From positions 62,001 to 126,000 of the forward strand of contig JAQGDQ010000197.1 in the NCBI GenBank assembly GCA_030141605.1: DNA of 64,000 nucleotides, given 5' to 3'. This document shows, piece by piece, positions 1 through 14,930 of the stretch. Below the pieces are notes generated by a model. That model was not told the DNA's origin. It saw nothing but the letters and a program-made list of their open reading frames with translations, and did not search any database. This stretch comes from Tubiluchus corallicola. Its lineage: Eukaryota; Animalia; Priapulida. Both the position numbers and the translations under genes were made by a program. How positions within the stretch are numbered: the first letter of the stretch is position 1; every line of letters starts with the position of its first letter.

Positions 1-24
1 AGAATAGGAGTAAACTCCTATTCT
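1..24. repeat. Perfect 10-bp-stem hairpin at window start, possibly a Helentron/HINE-type element terminus
   Basis: AGAATAGGAG-TAAA-CTCCTATTCT followed by AGTTT; context is cut by the window edge. Confidence 0.4.
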
Positions 25-315
25 AGTTTGTTCGCAATGTTTGTTACATAAATCATAATCCTAAGTGCATAAAAAAAGGGTTTCTGACTCTGCATAATTT
101 TTTAGATAGTCTTTCTCATAGGACTAAAAACAGAGGTGTCCAATTTTTCGTCTGACTGGGCATCACGAAAATTAATAGCTCCGCAAAGCTTCAAGCTGAA
201 AAGGATTACCCCGCTGAGAAGATTATATGAAGCCATATCTACATAAATTAAACTTTGCGTCACAGTTAATTTAATCAAAAATGCATTTGAATGACTGCAA
301 CATAACTTTATCTTA

Positions 316-387
316 GAGGGAGAGAAACAAAGAGAGAGAGAGAGAGATAGAGAGAGAGGGGGGAGGGAGGGAGGGAGGGAGGGAGGA

Positions 388-461
<74 letters not shown>

Positions 462-482
462 TGTAAGAGAGACAGAGAAAGA
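316..482. repeat. (GA)n/(GGGA)n microsatellite
   Basis: Visible dinucleotide run; explains the SLSL ORFs 102..530 and 308..508. Confidence 0.97.
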
Positions 483-3145
483 TGTAATGTAGAATGGTTT
501 TGCAACATTCTTCTGTGTTTTATTTACCATTATTTTTCATAGTTCAGTTTCATGGATACAGGTTCTTTTTTAGCTTTCGTCATAAAACTAGCATCCCTTT
601 TGATGCAAACAAAAATGTTTATGTAAAATTATGTGACCTTTCTGGATAAATCTGTAAGTACGTTGTTATACATTGAGTTTGCCATAATTGCAAGAAACTT
701 AAAAGCTTACTACACTAAAATAATAAAAGCAGAGTCCAGCAATAAGCACATTTTGATAATCCACTTTCTTCTGTCAGGTGCTATGAGGATTCGACCATAG
801 TGACGCAAAGGCAGTTAAAAGCTGTCTGCTGAGAGAATTCAGTCTACACTGGTGTCAAACAAGAATGAATACATAGCTATAGGGTATATGGCTTTATGTT
901 TAGCTTCTTATCTTCTGTTTATTGGAAAAACTTGAATATAGCAAATACATCTAGTAGCGCTAGTGGTCTTTCCACACAGTGAAACTTAGTGGACAAATTT
1001 AAGCAGTGTTAGCACTCTACAAGTGTCAACTCAATATAATATTTATTGTAATACCAAATACGTGTGATAAAACTGGTAAATAACCCTCCATATCTATAAA
1101 TGTTTTTTATGAAAGAAAGAGTTTACAATTCCAATACACAATTTAAATACCCCGACCCTATCCCTAACCCTAACAGTAACCTTAATCCTAATTCGATTTA
1201 CGAACTAAATTCTTGTGCGTGGAATTGTAAACTTTAGCCTTCGTGAATATAAATTAAATTTTTTTGTACAATTAGCAAAGCAAAATAAACAACTCCTATT
1301 AAAAAGAAATAAGGTAATTAAACACTTACCTAATCTACGTTGTGAACTTCTACTGCAGGGAAAAAGTGATACCAAGAATACTGCAAAAAATGAAAAGTAA
1401 ATAAATAAATTATTTTTGCTGTACCCAAATGATCGACAAAGTCATAAGCATATTGCCAATTTAACAGGATACAAATTATTCCATTTTCCTTGCTGCAGCA
1501 GTTTTCGCACATATTCTAACATACATCAATGAGCTTTTCCCATTTCTCACAGAATGTGTCAGAATAACAGAAATATTGTTCTTCAGGTCCCTTCTCTTCA
1601 GTCTGTTTTTCTCATTCTTCCATCTGTCTATTAATTTTCATCTGCTTCGCTTTATCAAACTAATATTCTCTAACGACTCCCAGAGTACGCCCAATCAATT
1701 ACAACCCCCAATAAACCCACCAACAAAATAACAGCGAGAATAAAATCTTTACAACCCTGGTTGTGGCGGATCCATACAATAAATGTCCACCAATCTCAAC
1801 CACCCAGTCAAACAGCGCAGAAATGGTTGGCAGCAAAGACAGATCATTCTAATTACAATTAATGAATTTAGTTTTATCTGTAAATCAGTTTTATTTGTGT
1901 ACTGAAATAGCCAGTTTCTCATCACTATTGAACACTGGCATTGTCTAGAATTGCTTATAGAAGGCAGGCGTGCTATCATCAAACTCTTAGCTAATAAACG
2001 TGATAATTATAATCAAATCGTTGAGTTTATGGTGCCTGAAATAGTTTTTCTTGGTTGATGTGTTGACAAAGAAAAATATGAAAGTGAAGTGGGAAAAACA
2101 CGAGGGAAGAAAAAGAAACAATCCCAAAAAAGGAAGTCTTTCAGAAGGGAAAGCAGAAGACAGAGAAGGAGCGCTAGGAAAAAAGGAAAAATAAGAGAAG
2201 AACAAAGAAAGACCTAAGTGGATATTATTTATTTAAAACAAGATAGAGACTGAAAAATCACACACAACTTGAAGAAAAAACTACAAAAATTTAGAGAAAG
2301 CAAGGGAAGGAAAAGCAGCAAAGATAAAATAAACACTTTTATAAAATCGAACAGCCAACAACTGGCAAAGTTAGAAGTGAACAAATAGAGATGAAATTCT
2401 AAAAAGTGATATAATCAGGTCAGAAAGCGCAACAGAACTGACACGAACGTTACACAGAATTGAAGCAAAGGAAACCAGCAAGTATGAAATCTACAGCAGA
2501 AGAGATGAAAGAATCAAGAATACGAAATCTGGAGACCCAAGAAGCAAGTTGAGGAAGGCTAGAGAAAGGTATAAAGGAACAAATAACAAACACAAGAACA
2601 ACACAACAGATGCAAAAAACAAGGGGTGGTGTTAGTTAGGTGAAGCCATGCAGAACGACTACCAGTGAAATAAAAACTGTTGGTGAAAATAGAAAAGCAT
2701 TCAAAGCAAGACACCAGACAAAAGAGCAGAAAAGGAATGAAATCATAGCACCAGAGGAAGACACGCCTTTTCTTGCCAAGGCAAAAAATGATAATGCTAG
2801 GACTGATCAGAAAGAAAGCAAGATTAGAAGACGCAGTCCCATGACAGCAAGAAATGAAGTCAAACATAGGATACCAAATAAAAAATTATTCCTCATGCAT
2901 GCCGATTTTTACCACGAGGTGTATACCAATTCTAGACAGTTATTAAGTATATACGCGCGTGCTGTAAAAACAAGTTAGACCAACTGGTTCTAGACAGGTA
3001 GAAATGCTAAACCTTCACTTGAAACAGTCAGACTCTGTATACTGAAAGAGACCGATACACGTAGGCATTGAAAGCTGTTTGTCAAATATCACTAGTGAAT
3101 TTATTTATTTGAACATTTTAGTTGATGTAACCGATCTATTCTTAG

Positions 3146-3220
3146 TGCCTCTGTGGTGTAATAGTTAGCATAGTTGATCGAAAAGCAGAAGGTCTTGAGT
3201 TCGAGTCACAGTGAAGGTGT
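3146..3220 (+). mobile_element. tRNA-derived repeat/SINE head
   Basis: A box TGGTGTAATAGTTAGCATAG and B box GAGTTCGAGTC; no intact cloverleaf; related copies on the - strand at 14660-14930. Confidence 0.6.
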
Positions 3221-4884
3221 AAATTTTTCAGGTGTTCTAAATTTGGCAGTGCTTTCGTGCGTTTGTTTATTTATTTGTGACGCCAGTGGCAACAGCAGTG
3301 ACCAGGTGACCCAGACCCAACGTCTCTTTGTCTAACGCTTAACATTTTAATAAATCCCCCAGTCTGACTACACGATGAGCTGGTAGACTGCTCAGAGAAA
3401 TTCGCCGTCTTCACATTAAGGAAACTGCTTCACTGGTCTGATCACTGACAGTGGAACACGCACTATCAGGCAGACCAGTCAAATTGAACGATGTATTTGC
3501 ATCCGATAGATTCTAATTCCCCATTGAACAGGCTCAATTATTATAATCAAGCCGATGTCTACTGCTCTAGTATTCCCTCGTGTTCTTAATACTACATCTG
3601 ATGACAAAATTCATTGCTATTTGTCTTTATGACAGTTTAAGCTGGTTACGTATGGAAAGCGCTGGAGAAGACAGTGGTTTAAAAGTCAAGAGCATTGGCG
3701 AGGTAAGTTGGTGAGGTTGCCAGGAAACATGTACACTTGAAAAACAAAACAAGAATGCAATATAACGAACTGCAGCAAGTAACGAATAGCCTAAACAATA
3801 ATTTTCTAGTACTATTTTAAATCAAAAATTTAAATCAGTGCAGAGAATAAATAACGAAGAATCTAACGAGGAAGTTCCCGTCCGTAAACCGTTTGCTAGT
3901 AATGATGTTCAGAACAAAATTATTTTGGAGAAATATTGATTGTTTTTCTACATGTTTCGACTAATAACATATACGTGAAGTGACTAAGATGCCGTTGTCA
4001 ATAAGTTTATGCTACTCCGCTCAGTTTCCCTTTAAAGCAGTCTGATAGGTCTCAACAAAAGGCTTTCATAAAAATGTTAAAAATGCATAGTGTAAGCTGC
4101 TAATAGGCCACAAACAATTCTCTTAAATGGATATAGAGTCAGCACGGTATTAACGATGCATACTAACAAATTCGGCGCCTTTAGTAGAAATTTGCGTAGT
4201 TAGTCACTTAAATATTGGATCCAGAATTTGTTTCAGCGATAAGTTAAACACAATGTTATTAGATAGTGGCAAAATCATAGAAGAATATGAGCAATAACTG
4301 AAAATAAAATACGTCAGCAATAGAATTTGCTCAACTCGAAGTGTAATGCATGTTTTCTATAGGTGTGCCAATGGTCGCATTTATTACGTAATAAATATGC
4401 AATATTTAATTTCACCTCAATTAGTGACCTGTTCGAATATGATCAAATGTAATACTGAAGTTTTAGATAGCTTTAATAGTAAGAGTTTTGATTTACGCTT
4501 ATTTATTTATAATACTAATTTAACTATATATAAATTTTCGACTATATAAACTATTGACATATGGACTATTAATTTACCTCTTGTAAATACTATCAAATGA
4601 ATAGGGAACCTGTTTGTGGATCCTTCACATTTTATCCCTGGACACGAGTTTAATTTAATGATTTTTAACATGAATGTGTTTCAGCTGAACCATGTTTGGT
4701 TTAGGTCATAGAAGGTAAGCTATTAGCTATAATGCGCAATTCAGAAAGTGCTTTAGTTCTATTTTCAGATTTAGAGTTGTACAATATGAATGTGTCAAAC
4801 TGCAATGTTGCTCTTAAATTTAAATTGCGCAGTGATTTTACTGTTGTGATTTTTAATACAAATGGGTGTAATTTTTAATGATTA

Positions 4885-4973
4885 ATAAATTAATAATAAT
4901 ATTAACCATAATAATAATGATGATGATGATGACGAGAACAACAACATCAGCAATAATAATAATAATAATAATA

Positions 4974-5064
<91 letters not shown>

Positions 5065-5137
5065 TAATAATAGTAATAACAAACGATAATAATAATGATG
5101 ATGATAATAATAATATACTAATCAACAATAATAACAA
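4885..5137. repeat. (AAT)n microsatellite with GAT/AAC variants
   Basis: Visible trinucleotide run; explains the poly-I/poly-L ORFs. Confidence 0.97.
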
Positions 5138-6377
5138 CACAGTTACATGAAAATACTCAAAAATATCTAAGTAGCATCATGCTTGTGTTTTTTATTTTTA
5201 CATAACCTAAAAATTGTGAGTAGTTTTGTGCACAAAGATATCGCGTTTTTGGCTCTTAGCTGTAATGTAAACCTTGACTCGACTTGAACGGAGTGACGAT
5301 TTATACGTATATCCAATTCAATTGATTTCCTTTTTTCACTTTTGGCTCACTGTCAATTGTTTTTCTTTAGAAGAACCTATGTACCATAGAGGATGCATTA
5401 CAGACCAAGTAATTGACCAAGTCAAAAGTCACTGACAGTGGTCACTGGTCAGCGTCTGCCTCCTCTACTCTTTGCATCCACACTAAGTGTAACTTGCACG
5501 CGGTGGCCTTCTGCAAGACGACAAAATTTGTGAATAGGAAGAAGAATGAATGGACAGTGATTTACAACCCTCATTTTAAAACTTCCTTTTCATACCAAAC
5601 AGGTGTGTTATCTAGTACTCACCAGGAACGTTTGTCTGTAGTTCAACCTACTTTAAACCATACGCTTGCTTGTTAAAAGAAGCATGGCTTCAATAGGTCT
5701 CTCCACTGGCAGCAAACAGACCAACGACTGAACGGAACAATTAATTGCTAGTTACTCTTGCAATAACTACCCTATCAGTGCATCTATCAACCCATATCAT
5801 TAATTACATGCACATTACAACATTATACGCGAACAGCATCCGATTACCATTACGACTAAATTACGTTAGGAATTTACGCAGTTTGGGCGCTAATCTACAT
5901 ACATATTGGTAGAATTTCCCTCAGGCCAATGAAGCCAGGAGGATGCAATCAAATTCGGTCTTGACTGGCTGATAATTCTGCTATATAGACGATTTTCTAA
6001 ACTTCGTTTTCGCCTGGATCGATTCAGGAGTAAATTTAGGAATAATCGGTGTGTACAATACAGACGCACAGTGAAAAGCCATCAACGCGCGTTTGGAGAC
6101 ATAGCTGTCTATTATAAGTTATTAATGTAATGCAATCTGCATGGTGTGACATTGGCGTCTAAATGTCTACAATGCATGCGAAACCGCTAAAATTTTCCAC
6201 ACCTGCAAATTCCACAGAGCAGCATATCACAAATAGCACTATAAATTATTGATAATCTTAATTTCGAGGTTATTACTAATGATGGAATAAACCACCGCTG
6301 TTAAATTTTGAAACCAAACTTGCTCGAAAAGAAGGAAATATGAGAAAATTATTAAACCAAGTCCTGTCATTATCAAT

Positions 6378-6452
6378 GGGCATGGTAATCTAGTGGTTAC
6401 AATACTCGCCTTGTAAGCAAGATGGTCTTGGTTCGAATCCAGGCTGACTCCA
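6378..6452 (+). pseudogene. tRNA-Thr(UGU)-like pseudogene or SINE head
   Basis: Anticodon arm CTCGC-CTTGTAA-GCAAG with one mismatch, good T arm CTTGG-TTCGAAT-CCAGG, followed by TTTTT; the acceptor stem pairs poorly. Confidence 0.6.
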
Positions 6453-7192
6453 CTTTTTGTATTTCCTTTTCGAGCCTCTTTGTTTTCAAAATTCGATAAT
6501 AACTGTTATTGTCACTGTTATTATTAATTTATTCACCATTAAAAATATGAAAGCCACCTGGCTGGTAAAGTGTAGATGATACTTTAGACTGGAGAATCAC
6601 CAGGAAAAAATCAGCAAAAACAGCAAATATCTAAAACAATTATTAATTAAACATAAAACACTGGAAGCGCCATTCAGAAACAGCATTTCCTTAAAAAATT
6701 ATCAACTGTCATAGGTTCAACTAGTTCTGTCACAAGTATACTTCCCTGAAGAATATTCCCATGGACGATATGGACATAACGAGACTGTTATATAAAACAA
6801 ATTACAGTATTAAATCTCAAGTGCACATGCTGAAAATCAAAACAAACAACACCCACGCAATAGCCATCTACCTCCACTCTACAACAAGTTTAATATCCCG
6901 TGTTTTAAGTATTTTCAGTTATTTGTTTTATTTGGCTTTCTTAATTTTCAGTTGGTAGACAGTTTTAATTGCTCGGATTTTTAAGTAACTGACCAACTTT
7001 AAATAATACTATCCCTTAAATAAGCTCACTAGTACCTTAGATGACATCAACAAGTCACCGTTGTGACACCCAATGCTGTCACACATAGAAGGTGCACAGC
7101 AATCAAACTAAATTATGCCATACTGTGCGGCAAGACAGGTACTTTATTTAACATTGTGTTACTGTATGAGTAGCTGCCTATAAAGGTTTAAA

Positions 7193-7425
7193 CCAGTGGG
7201 TGCAGCTCAATGGTAGCGTACTCGCTTCCCACCCGGGAGGTTATGGGTTCAATGCCCGGTCGAGACGTACCAAATACTTGAAAAATGGTACCGCTGGTTC
7301 TTCGACCAATTACTTTGGTTTATCGAAATAACGCGCGATAATAATCGGGACCACCTTGGACATAAGTATTGAGTTATTTAAGGTGTTGTCCTTGGACTAT
7401 GTTGTAAACGAAATTAATATTGTAA
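7193..7425 (+). mobile_element. tRNA-derived SINE with central conserved-type domain and 3' tail
   Basis: GCAGCTCAATGGTAGCG A box and GGGTTCAATGCCC B box, then ACCAAATACTTGAAAAATGGTACC resembling metazoan SINE central domains. Confidence 0.7.
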
Positions 7426-7913
7426 GGTCACTTCAACTCACCCACAGCAAACTAGCCAGGAACTGATACGATCCTAGGCAGTTCACACGTTCATTGCTAG
7501 TCGTACAATCCAAACTTGCCGGCACCCCTGCGTCAGCTTCGTACTAATGACTTTCAGCAAAATCTAAATGGCTTCAAAAGGACGAAACTGCCCATTCGCT
7601 GAATGCGACTAAAAACAACTGTCGCATTAGATCCCCAAAAGCTTTTAGTCCAATCTCGTCCGTCTGACTGATGGGGGAACTGACAAGCCAACAGTTGTTG
7701 ACAAATGGATAAAAGCCAGCAAATGAGTTCAGAGTCCATATTGCAGGGATAATTTTATTCTAAGACTTGTCAAGCTGTCCGTGCAGATGCTCAAGACAAA
7801 AACATTAAAGACAAGAAAACTTTTGTAACGGCAACACCAATGGGCCATTTTATAAAATTAATTCTTACCAACAAGGGCATTCAAAGGCGCATGCCCGCTA
7901 CCTTAGACGGGGC

Positions 7914-8304
7914 CAGAGCCGGATTATCCTATAGACTATATATCCTATAGGTATAAGCTGTAGCTTAGAGCTCCTCGAGCTTGGGACCCTCAAGCTTTGG
8001 TGACATTTGGTAAAAAATCATTTTTTTTCACATCGGCAGTGTTGAAATATGTGCTAATTTGGTTTGCAATAACTGGTAAAATAGTAGTATTTCTTAAAAA
8101 TGCTTTTATTGACAAAGAAATGATAGCTATTCTAGCTTATTTATGAATTTGTAATTTGAAGTTTACTTCAAGCTATCTAAATGTTGCTAAAATATTTCAC
8201 AAATAAAATATATCAAGACGGGTGCAGGCGAGTTAGAGGGCGGCTTGGCCTGAGGGGGCCTCATAATGTTATTAGCCTAGGAGCCAAGGTCATAATCCGG
8301 GCCG
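7914..8304. mobile_element. MITE with short terminal inverted repeats
   Basis: CAGAGCCGGATTAT ... ATAATCCGGGCCG termini with a non-coding interior. Confidence 0.5.
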
Positions 8305-8328
8305 ATCATAACCATCGTTGTTGTTGTC

Positions 8329-8515
8329 ACCACCACCATCATCATCATCATCATCAACATTAAATTTCATCATCGCCAATTACAACATCAATGACAACGA
8401 CGAAAACAGTATCAGGAACAGCAACAAAAACATACAAACAAACAACGACAGTTACAGCAGCAGCAGCATCAACAACAGCAGCAGCAACAATGGCAACAGC
8501 AACAACACAGCAACA
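8329..8515. repeat. Compound (CAC/CAT/CAA/CAG)n trinucleotide repeat
   Basis: Visible triplet runs. Confidence 0.85.
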
Positions 8516-8780
8516 AATTCGATGACATAAGAACAATTCAATTTTATTTTCAATTTTATTTCATTTCAGGGATTGAAGTGTCCATAGAGTTAGATGAATT
8601 TAACTAACTCTATGTACATAGTAAAATTTATGATAAATGACAGTTAGCAGATAAAATAAATAAATTAATTAATTAAAGAAATTGTGTCATGGACGAAGCA
8701 TTACACAAGTTCTCCCAGTAAATAGTTCCCAAAAATGGTACTAGGAACAAAACCGTTCTCATTCAATCCTGTTACAAGGG

Positions 8781-9018
<238 letters not shown>

Positions 9019-12000
9019 ATTTGAAAGCACAGCACTAATCACACACATAAAGCGGTTTATAAGCACTTACCAGAACGATAGATATGTGTTACAACAGGCC
9101 ACAGACCTAGTCCTAGCACCAAGATAGGCAAAATATACGTTGGTGATATAGCAACGCCGTAATTTTTCCGTCCAACAATCACATCGGTTTTGGATTTGTT
9201 GTGAGTCGTTGAAACAACATGTCGATGTCTCACGTTTATTTCACGATTAATACCGTTACTCAGTGTCTTCATATTTATCACATAAATGCTACCTTACTCA
9301 CTTAGGAGACGTACGTAGAAATTCTAAAGAAAATGCAGTTCTGATAGTTCTCCCAGAGTATTAATATAACACAACAACACTCCGGCAAGAAAAACATCGA
9401 GTTTAACAAGTATAATCCAAGATGACTGTAAAATACACACATTCCATATTACTGCTTCAACTCACACAAACATAAACAATTCGACTTGGCTATTAACCCT
9501 CATGCGACGACCACTAAACGTGGAAACATTTCTTAACAAAGTCATTCTAAATTAAAGCGTCGTACTTGTTTCTGAGAAAAAAATGAGAAGTGCTTATTGT
9601 TTGTTGCTGTGCTAACGAGTGCTTTGCGTCAAGAGATTTTTGAAAAAGACATGCTGATATCTGGATATTGAAGATTGATTTTATGGTAATAACAGACAAT
9701 CTTATTAGGTTTACTTGAGCTGACTGTATTATTTTAACTCAGTGCAAGTTTCACAAACCGACAAAAGCAAACTGTATAAAGAGAGCTAGAACTCCTTTAG
9801 CTAGCCATTAAATATTATGATTAATCAGGGTTTGCAAAATTAAATCTTGTTACTAATATTAAATTCAAGAACCATGTAATAATATGCATTTCCCAATTCT
9901 CAACATAAAGTAATTCGTTCAATATTGTATGACGGGATTAAAATAATAATATTACAGCAAATATAGTTGGTATAAAGATCAATTTTGCGAGAATACTGCA
10001 AAAACCAAAACAGTAAAGAATGCTGCTGTTAAAGTAAATGTGAAAGACCCACACGGAAATTTTGTCAAAAGAGTAAAACAAACATCATGCATCCCACTCA
10101 TCTATGTCACACTCACACCAGAACCAGTTTTACTGCACTAACACATAGACGTCTATCCTGGAGAATTTTCAATTCAGAAAGTGCCTTCTTAATTCTATAT
10201 CAGTACATACCATCGCGCATGCTCAAAACAATTTACGCACAACAATATAGACAGAGACGCAGCTTCACATTTAGATTTAGTTTCAGACTTTTTGTCTATC
10301 GTTTCTATCACAGTTTTCGCGTTTTTCTAGCACAACGTCTGCTTGCTTTTTTCTTCTTTTACCCACATTTTTTTCAAGTATCGCAAGCATTAGCACTTCT
10401 CGTCAATATATTTTCTACCTTCATTCGAGCTTTCAAACAGCAAGAATTCGAAAAGGAAATCACTCACTGGTTTTGGAAAATCACGTTTCTCCATCACTAA
10501 CTTTGCAGTGATTACGATTCAGCGCGGGCTAAATACATTTACGTAATACGAAGCAAGAGCCATTAGTAATATTCGAAGACAAGGAACGCGTCAAACAGTG
10601 GCAGCACAACACACAATCGCACGTAACTTTACTAAACGCTTGGCGTAACTTAGCTACCATGCATGGCTTCATATACTGAACGGTCAAACCCAAAGTTGAA
10701 GGCTGCAACCAGGCCAGCGCAAGCTCAAGCATTACAACTAGTAGGAAAAATACCCCACATTATGACATAGTTGCAAAAACAAGTCCCAGTTGGCGTGTTA
10801 GGAAAACGAACGAGTAAAAACATCTGATAACAGTGTGACAGAATTGCTTTCTGACTCTCTGATATAGATTCGCCTTAAGAAGTGTACAGGGCAAATCAAT
10901 ACGTACATCTAACTCTGCATGAGCGCAGGGTAAATACTGGTGACAGCTGCACCGGATTTGCTACTATGTCTCTAACTAACTTAATAGCGTCAACAGTGGG
11001 TGGGAAACGCAGTGGGTGGACGGCAAATGAACGCGTGAAAATTATAGAGAAAAACCAAGAGGAATAGCGTCGACAATGGCAACCCAGTAGGTGGACGACC
11101 ATTGGACGGGGGAAAATTGTGTAAAGAAACCTAAAGTCTAAAGTATTAAGAAAACCCAGTCGACAGACTTAAGAAAGATTGTTTAAGGAAACCCAATAGA
11201 CAAACCTATGAAAAAAAGATTGTGTAAAGAAGATTTAATTGCGCATAATTGTGATGTTTATTGTGCTTTAATAAGGATCTTCCATTTGGAACGCCTGTCT
11301 TAATCCTACATCGTCTGATCTGATGTTAACGGATCTATATCATATCATCTCATCTCACCTGAATGAACCTCACCTTAGAAATCAAATAGATGAGTTCAAT
11401 GTTGGATTCGTGATTGTAGTACAGATGGCTAGTGGATAAACTCATGAAAAATAGAACAAAAAATCAGTAGGCAAATTCATGAAAATGACAAATTAGGTGT
11501 GTTTAAAGAAATATGTGCAAAAAATTATAAAGTCATAAAGACTTAGTACATGCACTCGTGAAAGAATGTACAAACACATAGGCATATGGGAGAAAATTTC
11601 GCAAGGGGAACAAATAATTTACCCTAACCCTGATATGATTTTCAATTAAGTGCAAACAACAGGTCACACAACTAAATAAGAAACGGATAACAAAAGTGTG
11701 CAAAAGAACAAAATATTTATACATACAAGCCTATATGCTTTATAATTAACAATTATTTATACATATCTGTACTTAACATAACATATAGTAATTCCAATAT
11801 TAATAGGCGAAAAAGTCCTTTTGAATTATAATAAGTTTACTAAAAATTATGAGTCTAGCAAGACACAAGCCAAAGTTTGGGTTTTCACTGAGCAAACATG
11901 CTAATACTTTCAAATATACTTTTTCTAATGTTTGAGAAATTAAAAAGAAATAATGGTAGCGGTCTATGTTTTCCTTCTGCAAACATATAGAATAGACAAT

Positions 12001-13714
12001 AAAACCTTGTCAGCACGTTTATGAACATGTACATAAAAAGCGTATAAAGGACTTACGTGGTTTTAGTGAACTAAATTTAATAGCATGCACAATTATTAAC
12101 TTTAAAACTATAAAATGCTAAAACAGATTACTATGCAAGATGCACTTTAACTGCAGGGCATCAAAAACAGATGGTATACGTAAGCAATTTTCGAATACGG
12201 AAATTTTAAAATGGAATTATGCACCCTGAAAATAACCAGTTTCTGCCCTGAAAATGTACAATTCTTTTGCCCTGGGAAGGCTACTGCCAACTCCGACCCC
12301 TACCTCGTATGCGGACCTACAAACATATCATGGCACGTGAAGATTCTGCAAAGAAACCACAGCAGTTGGTGACAAGGAAACTCTAAAGAGGAAGTTGATG
12401 GGAAGCACATGGGTCGGCGAAGGACACAGAGAAATTTAGGAAGATTTACGCAAATGTTGCACAGTGAAACCAGAAAGGCAAATGCATAAAAATTTGCAGA
12501 AAAAATTAATGGTTCACTGCTTATGCAATCTAGACAAAGAAAAGAAATGAGCAGATCAATAATGCACCATGCCAAGCATAGCATACATTTATTATATTTA
12601 CCACATATTATACAAAAACCTCCTGTAAGGCACAGTTTATTGCATTTGCAGTGACCGATCAATAGTAAAAGTGGTTGCTACTAAGCTAAGGTTTTCATTC
12701 ATAACAATATGGTAACAACAGATGCTTTTTCTGGCACTCATCAATGGGCAATACTGCAAGCTGGAGCTCCTAGATGAATAGAAGTTTATTTTGCTAATAA
12801 CAGACTGGGTCATATAATCAACAATGGTACTGAATAACCAGAGACAGACGACAAGCAATTCTACTGCTATTTGCACTCAATATTTACAGTAATCTATGTC
12901 ATTAGTGAGATTACTGCAATATGGCAACTAAATAAACAATGTGTGGTTTGATTACTTGCTAGTACATGAAAAGGATAATAGAAAGTCAACGTCAGTGACA
13001 TCTCTGATATAGGTTTACATTACAAAATAGTAAAAAAATCTTCTCTTAAGGGGAAAAAAGGCACTATAAAACTATATTTACTTAAAAGCTTAAACCAAGT
13101 AATGATCACCCTCATAACTCTGCAACTGTAGAAACCTTTAATATATCTATATTTCTAGTTTTGACAATGTGCTCAAATGTAAAAGCATCTTTCCTTTTAA
13201 AATACTTGTTTACTTATGTTTGTGCACTACTTTTTATTTATAGTTTACTTATTATCAAATGGATAATGTTCTTAATTATTTATAATCTCAATATCAAGAC
13301 TACTGTTAATATTGCTGGCATTCTATAATACACCGGCAATGACTCAAAATGAATGGAAAGAATCCAAAAGGCAGAACCGACATACAGTTCACAAGTTCCA
13401 CGATACAAACTGCTCCAATCAGTGCTTTGATCCAAAGCAAATTTGCATAGGTAAGCTTAGTAACATAAAAAGCTGGTAGATATCATCTCTAAACATGTAC
13501 AGCAAATACTATTTCCCTGTACCAATGCCCACGAAGCTAATTAATTCAAGGCCTGTTACTCTTGCCAAAGAGTTAAATATTATCTTTTACTGTATATACA
13601 CTTGTTAAACTATTTTAACTAACTTATGTAGTTTTATGATGTGTGTGTGTGTGTTTTAAATTATCATATCTGGTGTAATAAAATAAATATTAAAACCTGA
13701 AAATTTCTGCGCCT

Positions 13715-14090
13715 CCACGGAGAGGTGCAACTGAATGCAAACACAAGTAAGCAACTAGAAACCTTTGAAATGTGGTCTTACAGACGCATGTTGAACAACA
13801 ATTGGAGAAGCAAAATCACGAAGGAGAAAGTGTTAGAAATAGCAAAGGAGAAAATGAAGCTGATGGATATCATCAAGAGATGGAAAGACGAAAACGAGAG
13901 TATGTTTTAAGTTAAATAATACTAACACACAAACTGCTAGATGGAAAAATCGAAAAGAGAAGAGCCAGTGGAGAGACTGTAGAGTACATGATTAAATAAC
14001 ATCAGTGACTGGACTAAGATTAAAGAAATGAATACCACCATCAGTAAAAGTAAAAACAAAAAAGAATGGCATCACATGATCTCCAACCTC
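13715..14090 (+). mobile_element. Decayed 3' end of an RTE-type LINE
   Basis: ORF 13725 has LETFEMWSYRRML..W..KITKEKVL, typical of the RT-thumb region of RTE-like LINEs; frameshifted downstream. Confidence 0.75.
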
Positions 14091-14659
14091 CATGCATGGG
14101 GCCAGAACACACACTGACTGACAGACTTGGAGGTGAACGCACAACCTTCTGTTTTCCGAGCAGCTATCCCACTGGTTCCAAAGTTTTGATGACGGCGACC
14201 CCTTTCCAGAACCCTGCATCATATCGCAACCCCATGAAGAACATAATCACATGTTATAGTATTATAAATGATTATCGTTCGCATTTATTAATTTCAACTT
14301 ACTATTCAACAAATTATTGAACAATGAGTGATTATTTTATTAATTCATTCATGTGATGGTTGCACCTGTTTCTCAGCAACCAGTATTGCAATGAAATAGG
14401 TATCTAAGGAGATGTGATGTAAAATGAACAGCGACGCGCAAGTGTACAGCATGGAACAACATGCATTTTCATTTTCCCGGAAAATTAAGCACTGATATGC
14501 CTCATTTAGAGCGGGAAAACCCAGTTTCACTTTCCAGAACAAAATGATTTAATGAGAGACTGCGGAAACAAGACCTACTTACATACTTTTCATGAAAACA
14601 GCATTTTTCAAAAATAGTTTTTGGACTAGCCCGTGACTCCACGAAAAATGTTAGTTGCG

Positions 14660-14930
14660 ATCAAGGTTGGGAACCCATGAGCTATGCCTAATCATTACAC
14701 CACAGAAGCACTTTGAATTTTCAAACTCTGAAGTTTACTCTATATAAGCCACTGAAGGTCTATTAATAGAAGTTCTCAGGCCTTTCTGTATTAATGAATG
14801 AAATCAGTCACATAAACACACAATTCTAAATTTAGAAGTCTAAAAATCTTTACACTACCACTAAGACGTGAACGCATGACCTTCTGCTTTCCAGAAAGCT
14901 ATGCTAACCATTACACCATAGAGGTACTTT
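14660..14930 (-). mobile_element. Two tandem tRNA-like units of the same family as 3146-3220
   Basis: Reverse complements read GTGCTTCTGTGGTGTAATGATTAGGCATAG and GTACCTCTATGGTGTAATGGTTAGCATAGCTTTCTGGAAAGCAGAAGGTC. Confidence 0.6.

Noticed and set aside
102-530. 142-aa and 66-aa ORFs with SLSL runs
   Set aside because: Produced by the GA microsatellite; no supporting gene structure
2040-2978. Lys/Arg/Glu-rich purine-biased stretch including ORF 2640..2978
   Set aside because: Multiple stops and no recognisable motif; probably a decayed repeat ORF, but I cannot assign it
3940-3990. GTCGAAACATGTA hammerhead-like half motif on the - strand
   Set aside because: No upstream CUGANGA core
4853-5150. 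Poly-Ile/Leu ORFs
   Set aside because: Translations of (AAT)n
6378-6452. Functional tRNA-Thr gene
   Set aside because: Acceptor stem does not pair and the anticodon stem has a mismatch; kept only as a pseudogene or SINE head
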